Shown piece by piece: positions 53,860 to 63,040 of a stretch of DNA of 64,000 nucleotides; position 1 is the stretch's first letter; each line of letters starts with the position of its first letter. The notes under the pieces were generated by a model. That model was given only the letters and a program-made list of their open reading frames with translations, did not search any database and was not told the origin of the DNA. Made by a program: the position numbers and the translations under genes. The stretch spans positions 1 through 64,000 of the IMG/VR virus record IMGVR_UViG_3300049855_000348; one strand, 5' to 3'.

Positions 53860-54177
53860 ATGCAACAGGTCGTCGAAGTTCTTCCAGACGAGTCGATCCC
53901 GGTGACCGAGTGGGAGAGGGCGTTGGAAGGTTTCAACAGCTACCAGCAGGCTGAGATCCGAAATGCCATGGCCTACCATTCGCGGCTTGGCTGGTCACCC
54001 AAGTTGATCCAGCGTGACCGTCCAGGCAAGCCGAGCACCTTCGCGCTTCGTTCTGGCAGTTCGGCGACGCCAACAGACAAGCCTTTCGAGGTGCCGTTCG
54101 AGTTCTCGATCTGCAACGTCTGCCATACCGCTACCTGCGAGCACAAGGAAGGAAGACCGGACTGGCCTGCTAGATAA
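53860..54177 (+). CDS. Hypothetical protein with a C-terminal Cys/His cluster
   Basis: 105 aa. Confidence 0.55.
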   Translation: MQQVVEVLPDESIPVTEWERALEGFNSYQQAEIRNAMAYHSRLGWSPKLIQRDRPGKPSTFALRSGSSATPTDKPFEVPFEFSICNVCHTATCEHKEGRPDWPAR

Positions 54178-54180
54178 GCC

Positions 54181-55956
54181 ATGATCAGGGATCTCTACCA
54201 AAAGCTCACCGAAGAGGACAAGAAGGACTCTCCGAAGAAGAAGACTGATCGTCCTGAGAAGGAAGAGCCAGTTCTCATCATCAAGTTGGTTGATGGCAAG
54301 AAGATCCGTGACGGTGTCTGTGTCGATTTCATCGGTGGTGGTCACAACCTCGCCTATCCCGACATCATCCCCAAGGGTGAGATCTGGATCGAACAGGATC
54401 TGTCACCGGAAGAGCAGACCGACATCCTGGTGCATGAACTCGTCGAATTCGCGCTCATGTCGAAGGCCGACATGACCTACACGCCGGCCCACACCTTCGC
54501 CAACAAGATGGAGAAGGTGTTCCGTGGCTTCGAGGGTCGCTGGAAGATCCGTGGTGCTCCGGAGGCCGGTGAGGCGATCGTCAAGGGCAAGGAGAAGGCG
54601 GAGGTAGAAGAGAAGGAGAAGAAGGTCGCCGAGTCTCTGATCAACGAGACCTACACCAATGGTCTGATCTACTTTCTCAAGTACCTCGAAGCCGGCATCG
54701 ACGTGTACGACTTCGCTCATGAACTTGAAGCCTTCTTCGAGTCCAAGGGAATGGACCATCCGGAAACCTATGATCCCGATGAGCCATTCGAGTTCTTGGA
54801 GTCGAAAGAGTTTGAGTCATTGAAACCGAAGTTCCAGAAATACCTCGAAGAGAACATTCGTGCTGATGATGCTGCGTTGCCGACTTACCTCTACCTCGAC
54901 AGCGCCAAGCTGGTCCCACGCAACACGTGGTTGGTCCACTTCTCTGATGACGCTGATGACATTGCCACCAGTGGCTTCACCTATGGTGCTGAAGACTACA
55001 CCAAGATCGGCCTGACTACTCACTTCAGCGACAAGGTCCGCAAGAAGGGTCCTGGTTGGAACTTCGCCTTCAAGCTGGACAGTCGGTATTCAACTCGTGC
55101 AGCGGACAGTGGAAAATACGGCAAGCATGCCGTTCTCTTCCAGTGCGCTGGCGTTGAAGCTCATCATAGTGGTGACAGCGAAGATCAAGTCGTCTTCTGG
55201 GGTCCTGCTGCACACAATCGTTACCTGCTGATGAAGGATGGCGAAGGTAATTGGTGCGTTCGTCATGCACGCACGCACCGTGTTCTCTTTCAATCGGAAG
55301 AGTTCGATGATGTCGCTGTCTGGGTAACAAAGAACGAACATCAGTACCGCAAGGTCATCACCAACGACCTGCCGCAGAAACCAATCTTCCCGACGCCGGT
55401 CAAAGACCGTGCTCGGATGCAAGCCAAGCCTTCGGTACCGATGCCGAAGTCGATTCAAGAAGCCAAGAAGTGGGACACCAAAGGTGGACGCTTCATCACT
55501 CCAGAAGAAAAGAATGACAAAAAGAAAAAGCGCCCGTCCTACAAAATCTACAAGGGCATCCCGACCAATCCGCCGCAGGCTATTCAAGTAGCACAGGGCA
55601 TCTCCGAGAGCGAAGAGAACCAGTCACTGCTGGTGATCGTCAACAAGTATGCCTCGAACAAGCATCCTGATGACCATGTGCCAGAGGACTACGACTGGGC
55701 TCGTGACAAGGCGTTCAACGTCAGCAGCCTGGAGCACATGATGCCCGGTGGCATAGCTGGCTGGAAGTCTTGGCTCGCCGATGAGGTGAAAGGTGTTCCA
55801 GGTCAGTGGGACAAGCTCGCCACGACAAAGAAGATCGATGACCCAGTCATCATCTCCCCAGGCCACATCTGGGATGGCTGGCATCGCATCGCTGCTGCCA
55901 TCGTCAATGGACACGCAACCATTCCGGCGATCGTAGGAAGACTCCATGCTCGGTAA
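54181..55956 (+). CDS. Polyvalent probable head protein: zincin-like, possible ART-like and ParB-N-like domains
   Basis: EIWIE...ILVHELVE; WLVHFS..A..I...GF; PVII....IWDGWHRIAAA. Confidence 0.6.
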   Translation: MIRDLYQKLTEEDKKDSPKKKTDRPEKEEPVLIIKLVDGKKIRDGVCVDFIGGGHNLAYPDIIPKGEIWIEQDLSPEEQTDILVHELVEFALMSKADMTYTPAHTFANKMEKVFRGFEGRWKIRGAPEAGEAIVKGKEKAEVEEKEKKVAESLINETYTNGLIYFLKYLEAGIDVYDFAHELEAFFESKGMDHPETYDPDEPFEFLESKEFESLKPKFQKYLEENIRADDAALPTYLYLDSAKLVPRNTWLVHFSDDADDIATSGFTYGAEDYTKIGLTTHFSDKVRKKGPGWNFAFKLDSRYSTRAADSGKYGKHAVLFQCAGVEAHHSGDSEDQVVFWGPAAHNRYLLMKDGEGNWCVRHARTHRVLFQSEEFDDVAVWVTKNEHQYRKVITNDLPQKPIFPTPVKDRARMQAKPSVPMPKSIQEAKKWDTKGGRFITPEEKNDKKKKRPSYKIYKGIPTNPPQAIQVAQGISESEENQSLLVIVNKYASNKHPDDHVPEDYDWARDKAFNVSSLEHMMPGGIAGWKSWLADEVKGVPGQWDKLATTKKIDDPVIISPGHIWDGWHRIAAAIVNGHATIPAIVGRLHAR

Positions 55957-56683
55957 GCCATGGCTGGAGATCTTGACGGAGTCGCACGATCCAGAACCCG
56001 AGGTGACTTGGGTACCATGCGAAGCCTGGGAAGATGACTGCCTCGTCTTGCCGGCTGTCGCCGATGAACAGATCATCACCGAGGGCAATGCTGCCGACGT
56101 GCTCAAGAAGCTGCGTGCTGACGGTTGGTCAACCTCTGGTCGTTCCCTGTCCAGAATCCTCAAGGAAGTCGACCCACGCTTCATCAACCACGCTGAGCAC
56201 TTGAAACGCCTCACGCAGGGCGGTGTGCGCCCCGATGGGACACCTTTCCCTGGTGGTGGTGGTCTGCGGTGGGGTGGACTGCTGATCTCGGCCAAGGAAG
56301 CCCTGCTGCGCGTCCTGGGCTCGTATGAATACAACGACACTCAGGAGCAGTACCAGCAGACCATCCGCTTCGCCAACTTCCACAAGATCGCCAAGGCTCG
56401 TGGAGTGAACTGGACCGAGAAGGCTCGGATGCTGATGAACGACCGGATCAAGGTCCACTGCGACTGCCCGGCCTTCCGGTACTTCTACGCCTACACCGCC
56501 ACCAAGAAGGGCTTCGGCCTGTACCCGGAACTGCGACCCAGCGAGAAGACCAACAAGCAGAAGAACGGCGGTATCTGCAAGCACCTGAATCTGGTCTTGG
56601 CCCACCTGCCTTCCCAGGCACAGAGCATCGCCGGTGAGATGAAGAGCCACTTCGGGGTGAAGATCAAGAAGAAGACCAAGTAG
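55946..56683 (+). CDS. SWIM zinc-finger protein
   Basis: VHCDCPAF...ICKHL. Confidence 0.75.
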   Translation: MLGKPWLEILTESHDPEPEVTWVPCEAWEDDCLVLPAVADEQIITEGNAADVLKKLRADGWSTSGRSLSRILKEVDPRFINHAEHLKRLTQGGVRPDGTPFPGGGGLRWGGLLISAKEALLRVLGSYEYNDTQEQYQQTIRFANFHKIAKARGVNWTEKARMLMNDRIKVHCDCPAFRYFYAYTATKKGFGLYPELRPSEKTNKQKNGGICKHLNLVLAHLPSQAQSIAGEMKSHFGVKIKKKTK

Positions 56684-56686
56684 GTG

Positions 56687-56714
56687 TTGACTTAGACTGA
56701 AAGGTCGCTATAAT
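56687..56714 (+). promoter_or_regulatory. Class I promoter
   Basis: TTGACT-N16-TATAAT, ATG 6 nt downstream. Confidence 0.88.
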
Positions 56715-56720
56715 CTGGGC

Positions 56721-56894
56721 ATGAACGAAGCGAAGAAAATCACCTTCCTGCCCATCCGCACGACGCTCTCTGGTCGTGACTCGACCTGCGGCAAGATCCG
56801 CGAGTGGTTGGTCCTCGAAGGTGGTGTGCAGATCAGCCGCCGCTACTCTCTCAAGGACTGCAAGCGTGACTACCCGACGGGAGTGAAGGCATGA
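56721..56894 (+). CDS. Small early protein (57 aa, not in the ORF track)
   Basis: Leaderless ATG; ATGA overlap with the next gene. Confidence 0.7.
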   Translation: MNEAKKITFLPIRTTLSGRDSTCGKIREWLVLEGGVQISRRYSLKDCKRDYPTGVKA

Positions 56895-57139
56895 CCAACT
56901 CCGAGACCATCGCTCAAGCCCTCCGTGAGTTCGCCAATTTACTGGGCGAGGAGGTCAAGAAGTCCGAAACTCCTGAAGATCAGGAGAAATGGATGGAACT
57001 GAGCGTCCTGATGCGTCGTTTCGCTCGCTTGGCGGCTGCGATGCCGTTCGAGGCGGCCAAGGAACTGGTCAAAGAGTTCGAGGAAGAGGACCGCAGCATC
57101 ATCATGGACTTGCTGGGTAAGAAGGGGATCTTCTTCTAA
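56891..57139 (+). CDS. Hypothetical protein
   Basis: 82 aa. Confidence 0.65.
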   Translation: MTNSETIAQALREFANLLGEEVKKSETPEDQEKWMELSVLMRRFARLAAAMPFEAAKELVKEFEEEDRSIIMDLLGKKGIFF

Positions 57140-57158
57140 GTCCCGTCTAAATAGGTGC

Positions 57159-58070
57159 ATGCCTGATGGACCTGGACGTGCAACACGCCGAGATGTAGCC
57201 AGCCACAACAGCAACCCGCTGGGTTTTCAGGGGTTGTGGAGTGGTGTTGTCGTTGACGATCTCGATCCGCTGAAAATTGGTCGTGTTCGTCTGCGCATCT
57301 TCGACCTGCACGATGAAGAGACCCCGGTGGCAGAACTGCCCTGGGCGTTGCCGTGCTTCCCCTCAGCCTTCATGAACGCCACCGATCCGACCAAGTCGGG
57401 TGGTTTCTTCCAGGTGCCGCCGATCGACGCCATGGTCCACGTGATGTTCCAGAAGGGAGATCCAGAGTTCCCTGTTTGGATGGGTGGCTGGTTCCCCAAG
57501 GAACCCGGCATCATCGGTCGTGAGAAGTACACCTCGAACGACAATCGCAAGGCGCTCTACAACGGCGAAGGTCGACCAGCTTGCCCATCGTGGCGGTCAT
57601 TGCGTGGTCACGTCATCGAACTCGATGATGAGGTTCCCGAACTTCGCATCACCTCCACCAATGGTCACAAGATCACGATGTCGGATGGTGCTGGTGAGCA
57701 GGGCGACTGCATCAAGCTCGAAGATCATGCCGGCAATTACATCTGGATGGATACCGGTCGCGGTCTCTTGTCGATTCGTTGGGACGGTGATGTGAAGGAA
57801 CACATCACTGGCAATAAACAAATCATCATCGACGGCAATCTTCAGATGACCGTCGGTGGTAACCACGAGACATCAGCCGACGGTAACATCACGCACCTCG
57901 CTTCTGGTCAGATGTCTCTCGACTCGCCAATGATCAATCTCAACGGAGGCATTGCTCAAGAGCCTTCCATCAGCGAAGCTGCGCAGGGTGCGGAATCCGC
58001 TGGCGACTCTGTCGGCGAAGTTCTGAAACGCCTCGGCAACACCATCCGCAAGATCCTGACAGGAAAGTAA
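57159..58070 (+). CDS. Baseplate central spike (T4 gp5-like OB-fold plus beta-helix)
   Basis: GVVVDD.DP...GRVR.R...LPWA...P.....V.V.F..GD...PV..G; C-terminal beta-repeat. Confidence 0.88.
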   Translation: MPDGPGRATRRDVASHNSNPLGFQGLWSGVVVDDLDPLKIGRVRLRIFDLHDEETPVAELPWALPCFPSAFMNATDPTKSGGFFQVPPIDAMVHVMFQKGDPEFPVWMGGWFPKEPGIIGREKYTSNDNRKALYNGEGRPACPSWRSLRGHVIELDDEVPELRITSTNGHKITMSDGAGEQGDCIKLEDHAGNYIWMDTGRGLLSIRWDGDVKEHITGNKQIIIDGNLQMTVGGNHETSADGNITHLASGQMSLDSPMINLNGGIAQEPSISEAAQGAESAGDSVGEVLKRLGNTIRKILTGK

Positions 58071-58071
58071 C

Positions 58072-59787
58072 ATGGCCATCTGCACCGATCCGGTTGATCT
58101 CTGCGGCGTAAAGATCCCTCACGCTGGCTGCAACATCGACTCGTATGAGAACGGCCTTGGACCCGGCATGCAGCACATCATCCAGTTGAACTGGATCACT
58201 GTGCCTAGCGAAGAGGCGACGATCCCCGAGGTGTGGGTGTTCGTCGATGGCTACAAGCCGCTCCGCCTCGGCAATTTCGCTGATGGTCAATACTACTCCA
58301 TTTCGTGGGATCTTCGTAAGACGATGCAATCAGGCACCGTCCGTATTGGTCTCCAGTTCCCGCCGACGGAAGATGAGAAGATCCAGGGCAAGCAAGGTGC
58401 GCTGGTCTTCAGCACGGTCACCAACTACTTCGAGAACCGCATCGAACTGACCTTCGATCACAACGTCAGCGGTGCGGCATCTGAGACCTTCGCTGAAGTC
58501 CAGGCTGTTCCCGGTTCTCAAGAGGTCTGCGGTACCGACAGCAGCTATGGTGTCTGCATCTTCGATTGCTGCCCTCAGAACTGCACGAAGCCCTACGACA
58601 ACAACGTCTTCTGCTGGGAGACTCACAACGAGTCAGCCTTCGCCGTTCGTGATGCCATCGATCCCGGTCTCGCCAAGCAGGTCTTCGTTGCTTCCGAATC
58701 TGGTGTCATGCCCATCCGTGGTGTGGCTCTGACACGTTCCGGTGACGCCTACGACCAGGACACGAAGCTCCTCTACGCCAGCCAGCAATGGGTCATGGTG
58801 TGGGACTTTGAGCAGGGTCGCTTGATGGATTTCTTCCCCAAGGAATGGCTGCGCTACGGCGCTGCGTTCTATTATCAGAACCAGACCCTACGGAAGGAGA
58901 TCAAGGCCGGCTTCTCGAACCGCAAGCCGTACTACATCGAGATCGTCGATCTCGGCTTGGTGAACAACCCTCAGGGTGCCTACAACCTCGACCTCGACTC
59001 CAGCGGTCAGCATGCGCAGAACTGGGATGTCCCATCCCGCATCCTGGCTCTGCACCGTGAAGGTCAGCAGCGTCCCGCTCCCGGCTGGGGCAAGCCGAAA
59101 CCAGTGGGCGCTGAAGCCCTCTACACCGAGTTCAATCACCTCAGTGTCGACACTTACCGTCAGGTCTCGAATGAGGCTGCGCCGGCCCTGCGTCAGCGTT
59201 TCTTCGAGGACCGTAAGCTGTTCCTCGAACACACCACCAAGCAGCGCCACCACGATCAGATCATGTTCCTGACCAAGGAGGTCGCCGAGCGTACCCTTCG
59301 TGCCTTGCAGGATGTGGTGGAGAATGGTCGCCATCTGGTCGATACGTTGAACCCCGAAAGCCAGAACGGCTTCGGCTATTACATGATCACCATCCTGAAC
59401 ATCATCAGCCAGAAGATGCTGAAGGCGAAGGCTGACATCAAGATGCAGCAGTTTGGTGACTTCAAGCTCGAAGCCGATGAAGAGACGGCTGCTGACTGGT
59501 CTCGTTACATCTACGGCGAGCTACGCCGTCTGGTGGAGATCACCAAGATCGAGAAGAAGGACTTCCAGGCCACCATGCTGGAAGCTCTGAAGACGGCTGA
59601 TCCGGCTGACCCGACCAGCCTGCTCAAGAAGATCCAGGAACTGATCGACCCGGCCCTGCTCAAGCAGCAGTACGACATCGCCGCCAACGGTCGAATCAAT
59701 GCCGGTGGTGGTCTCAACGATCCGGATACCGCCACTGAAAATCAGATCCGTGGCATCCCAACTGCGAAGACCATCAAGTCGACGTAA
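58072..59787 (+). CDS. Hypothetical baseplate-region protein
   Basis: 571 aa between the gp5-like and gp25-like genes. Confidence 0.65.
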   Translation: MAICTDPVDLCGVKIPHAGCNIDSYENGLGPGMQHIIQLNWITVPSEEATIPEVWVFVDGYKPLRLGNFADGQYYSISWDLRKTMQSGTVRIGLQFPPTEDEKIQGKQGALVFSTVTNYFENRIELTFDHNVSGAASETFAEVQAVPGSQEVCGTDSSYGVCIFDCCPQNCTKPYDNNVFCWETHNESAFAVRDAIDPGLAKQVFVASESGVMPIRGVALTRSGDAYDQDTKLLYASQQWVMVWDFEQGRLMDFFPKEWLRYGAAFYYQNQTLRKEIKAGFSNRKPYYIEIVDLGLVNNPQGAYNLDLDSSGQHAQNWDVPSRILALHREGQQRPAPGWGKPKPVGAEALYTEFNHLSVDTYRQVSNEAAPALRQRFFEDRKLFLEHTTKQRHHDQIMFLTKEVAERTLRALQDVVENGRHLVDTLNPESQNGFGYYMITILNIISQKMLKAKADIKMQQFGDFKLEADEETAADWSRYIYGELRRLVEITKIEKKDFQATMLEALKTADPADPTSLLKKIQELIDPALLKQQYDIAANGRINAGGGLNDPDTATENQIRGIPTAKTIKST

Positions 59788-59805
59788 CTGCTAGATAGGA
59801 ACACC

Positions 59806-60642
59806 ATGAGCGCACCATCTGGAGCAGGAATCAGCGACCCACGAGCCAAGCACCGTCCGGTGAATTATGGCCGTCCGTCGACCAATCAGCCGCTGCGCCT
59901 GCCACGTGATACTAACTCACCGGTGGCACGCATCTCCTCGAACCCGCTGTCACGTTCGGCTAGCCAGAGTTCGACCTTCAGCAGCAATGCCATTCAGGTC
60001 GGCCAGCCCGTCGATACCTCGAACAGCACTGCCCGTATGGTGGCGTTCACGGTGGACAACCAGACCAATGCCGGCGCATCACAACTGACGGCTGCTGAAC
60101 AGGCTCGCAACCTGGAAGCTGTCAACGCTCGCAAGTCGGGCGTGCTTGGTTGCATCGGTAAGAGCCCGTCGAATCCGAACCCTGGCTGTGCCACGCCGTG
60201 CGACACGATCGACTGCTTGGAGAAGATGCTGGTGGGCAACCTGCTCGACCTGGATGCCAAGAAGCTCCTGTGCGATGCAGTCACTGCCACCGAGCGTGCC
60301 ATCAAGCGTGATGTCGACTCGGCTGGTGATCAGCTTCTCGGAGCCGCCAAGGCACTGACCGACATCAGCGTCATCAATGCCCCGCTGCGTGTGGTGAACA
60401 ACTTCATCGGCAAGATCGACCCTGGTCAGGTGGCCAACTGCTTGGGTGCCCAAGCGGTGAAGGACAACATCCAGGGCAAGCTGCGCAAAGCTCAGAACAC
60501 GGTCAAGAAGTTCCAGAAGGGCTACCAAGACAAGATCGCCAAGAAATTCAACGATGGCACGGCTGCCCTCCAGCAGTTCAGCCTTGCACCTGATCAGTGC
60601 AACCGCCCGAAACCAGCTAGCCTCAGTGGAATCCTGGTGTGA
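59806..60642 (+). CDS. Hypothetical baseplate-region protein
   Basis: 278 aa, TAGATA upstream. Confidence 0.65.
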   Translation: MSAPSGAGISDPRAKHRPVNYGRPSTNQPLRLPRDTNSPVARISSNPLSRSASQSSTFSSNAIQVGQPVDTSNSTARMVAFTVDNQTNAGASQLTAAEQARNLEAVNARKSGVLGCIGKSPSNPNPGCATPCDTIDCLEKMLVGNLLDLDAKKLLCDAVTATERAIKRDVDSAGDQLLGAAKALTDISVINAPLRVVNNFIGKIDPGQVANCLGAQAVKDNIQGKLRKAQNTVKKFQKGYQDKIAKKFNDGTAALQQFSLAPDQCNRPKPASLSGILV

Positions 60643-61085
60643 TCGACATCGTCAAACCGGTGCGGCCTCCGAATGTGACGGGAAGTTCAATCTTCTCGTC
60701 CGGGTTCGGTTTCAACACCTTCACACCGCAGCGTAAACAGTTCGCGTTGCTGGCCAACTTCGATTCGATCAGGGACAATATCCGTAACATCATCTTCTTC
60801 CGCAAGGGTGACTACCCGGACAATCCTGACTTCGGCATCGGCCTGCAAGACTATCTCTTCGAGCAAGCTGACGAAGTCATGCGTATCGCTCTGAATCAAG
60901 AGACACGCCGTCAGATCTCTCGCTACGAGCCACGTGTCGTCATTCGCTCCATCAGCGTCAGCACCCCATCGTGGGCTGATGATGCGGTGGTGCTGGATAT
61001 CGATCTGCTGGTGAACAACATCCAACTCTCAGGCGCGGCATCTGCCAGTGGCGGCTTCTCCATCAACCCAACAGGTTCAGCATGA
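60639..61085 (+). CDS. Baseplate wedge gp25-like protein
   Basis: SIRDNIRNI...KG..P..PDFG..L..YLFE...I..YEPRV. Confidence 0.9.
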   Translation: MIDIVKPVRPPNVTGSSIFSSGFGFNTFTPQRKQFALLANFDSIRDNIRNIIFFRKGDYPDNPDFGIGLQDYLFEQADEVMRIALNQETRRQISRYEPRVVIRSISVSTPSWADDAVVLDIDLLVNNIQLSGAASASGGFSINPTGSA

Positions 61086-63040
61086 GCACAGAAGTCGAAG
61101 TCGGCCTCATCCCACGTGGACGCAAGTCCTACTCCCAGGTCGAATACTCGTCACTGGACCGTGAGACCATCGAACAGTCGTTGATCGACTACGTTCGTGC
61201 CACGTTCCCTGAGCAGCGCGACTACGTCGAGTCGGCTGGCTTCCGCATCGTCACTCGTGAGATCTCCTACGTTGCTGACCTGCTCAGCTACCGCGCCGAC
61301 TACCTCGCCAACAACAACTACCTGCCGACTGCCACCAACCTGCGTGCGCTCGACAACCTGTTGGCTTTGATCGGCTACCGTCGCTCCTCGGTGCAGCCTG
61401 CTGCTACCGACGTGATCATCGTTCCGCAGCAGACCATCGGCAATCCAGACATTCCGGCTGAAGCTGCCAACACTGTCCGCATCCCGGCCAAGACCGTCAT
61501 CACCGGCGTCGGCAAGATGGGCAACCCGGTCAGCTTCGAGTTGTTCGCTGGCCCCACCAACATCTTCGACGACATTGAGATCCCAGCCGGTCAGGCGAAC
61601 GTCGCCGCCTATGCTGTTGAAGGCATCAGCAAGACCATCGTCGTCAAGAGTAACGGCGAACGCTTCCAGCAGATCTACCTGTCGGACATCAGCATCATCC
61701 AGGATACCATCCGCATCAATGCCGGTGTCTACGACTCCACTGATCCCAGCGTCGGCACGACCTACAATCCGAACCTCCCACAATGGGAGCGTGTCGACTA
61801 CATCGTCACCCATCGTGCTGAGAACGTCTTCGAGGCTCGCCTTCGTCCTGATGGTCTGACGCTGATCAGCTTCGGTGATGGCACCTTCGGCAATACCATC
61901 CCCCTCGGCCAAGACATCATCATCAACTACCGTCAAGGCGGTGGTGAGAACGGTAACGTCCTGCCCGGTGGTCTGACCGGCAATGGCAACTTCCCGATCT
62001 ACAACGGTGGTCTGCGTACGCCGAACTCGGTCGGCTGCGCCATGACCAACGTCGCTCGTGGCGTGGGTGGCCGCGACGAGGAAGGCATCGAAGAGGCCAA
62101 GTTCCTCGCTCCGCTGGTCTACCAAGCCCAGAGCCGTGCCGTCAAGGATATCGACTTCACCGCCCTGGCGCTGAAGCACCCCAAGGTCAGCAAGTGCGTT
62201 GCGGTGTCCCGTCAGGACATCGTCGTCGACAGCTTTGAGGATCCTGCCGAGTGGACCTTCCCATTGGCCGCCACTCAGCCGTACACCATCAACATCAACG
62301 TTCACCGTCTCGACCTGCGTACCTCGCAGAACTACACCGCCAACGTTCGCCCATCGAAAACCGTCTACACCGACATCAACGAGTTGGTGATCGAGTTGAA
62401 TGCGCTGCTCGGCTGGTCGTACGATGAAGCCTCGTTGAGTTTCTATCCGACGGTACTCAACAAACAGTTCATCGGTCGCTTCGATGTCTCCATCCAGGGC
62501 TACATCGAGTTCTGGGTCACCCCAGGCAGCTACCAAGCACGCCTGAGCATCAACACCGGTGGCAATGCCTTGCTGCCGCGCCTGTTCATCCCGGCTGGTG
62601 ATTACGGTCGTGTCGATGCCAACTACGTCGACCTGCACATCCTCACCTACGCCGATGACGGCAACGTGGCAGTCCCCAATGTCGCCCTGGTCAACGATCT
62701 GCGCACCTACTTCGACAAATACCGTGAGATCCAGACCGAGATCGTCATCCGTCGTGGCTTCATCCAGCGTGTCGACATCGACGGCAACGTCTACATCGAC
62801 AAGACCGCAGATCCCATCCAGATCCGCAACAAGGTCGATCAAGCCATCAAGGATCTGTTCTCTGCCAGCAAGCGTGAACTGGGTGAGCCGTTCTACGTCT
62901 CGAAGCTCTTCGAGGCCATCGAAGCTATCAGCGGTGTCGCCTACGTTGACGAGTTCAAGCCCGCACAGAATGTCTTCCCAGACTCCCGCACGCTTCTTCA
63001 ACTGGGCACGGTCAACGTCGTGTTCTATGAGGCCAAGTAA
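61082..63040 (+). CDS. Baseplate wedge gp6 / baseplate J-like protein
   Basis: FGDG.FG..., Y..GGG..GN, GG.DEE.IEE, RAV...DF..LA. Confidence 0.9.
   Translation: MSTEVEVGLIPRGRKSYSQVEYSSLDRETIEQSLIDYVRATFPEQRDYVESAGFRIVTREISYVADLLSYRADYLANNNYLPTATNLRALDNLLALIGYRRSSVQPAATDVIIVPQQTIGNPDIPAEAANTVRIPAKTVITGVGKMGNPVSFELFAGPTNIFDDIEIPAGQANVAAYAVEGISKTIVVKSNGERFQQIYLSDISIIQDTIRINAGVYDSTDPSVGTTYNPNLPQWERVDYIVTHRAENVFEARLRPDGLTLISFGDGTFGNTIPLGQDIIINYRQGGGENGNVLPGGLTGNGNFPIYNGGLRTPNSVGCAMTNVARGVGGRDEEGIEEAKFLAPLVYQAQSRAVKDIDFTALALKHPKVSKCVAVSRQDIVVDSFEDPAEWTFPLAATQPYTININVHRLDLRTSQNYTANVRPSKTVYTDINELVIELNALLGWSYDEASLSFYPTVLNKQFIGRFDVSIQGYIEFWVTPGSYQARLSINTGGNALLPRLFIPAGDYGRVDANYVDLHILTYADDGNVAVPNVALVNDLRTYFDKYREIQTEIVIRRGFIQRVDIDGNVYIDKTADPIQIRNKVDQAIKDLFSASKRELGEPFYVSKLFEAIEAISGVAYVDEFKPAQNVFPDSRTLLQLGTVNVVFYEAK

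Noticed and set aside
61151-63001. Long antisense ORFs (also 6475-7605, 7661-8599, 38309-39313, 46445-47272)
   Set aside because: Shadow frames from the GC3 bias of the real genes on the opposite strand; no starts, motifs or promoter context
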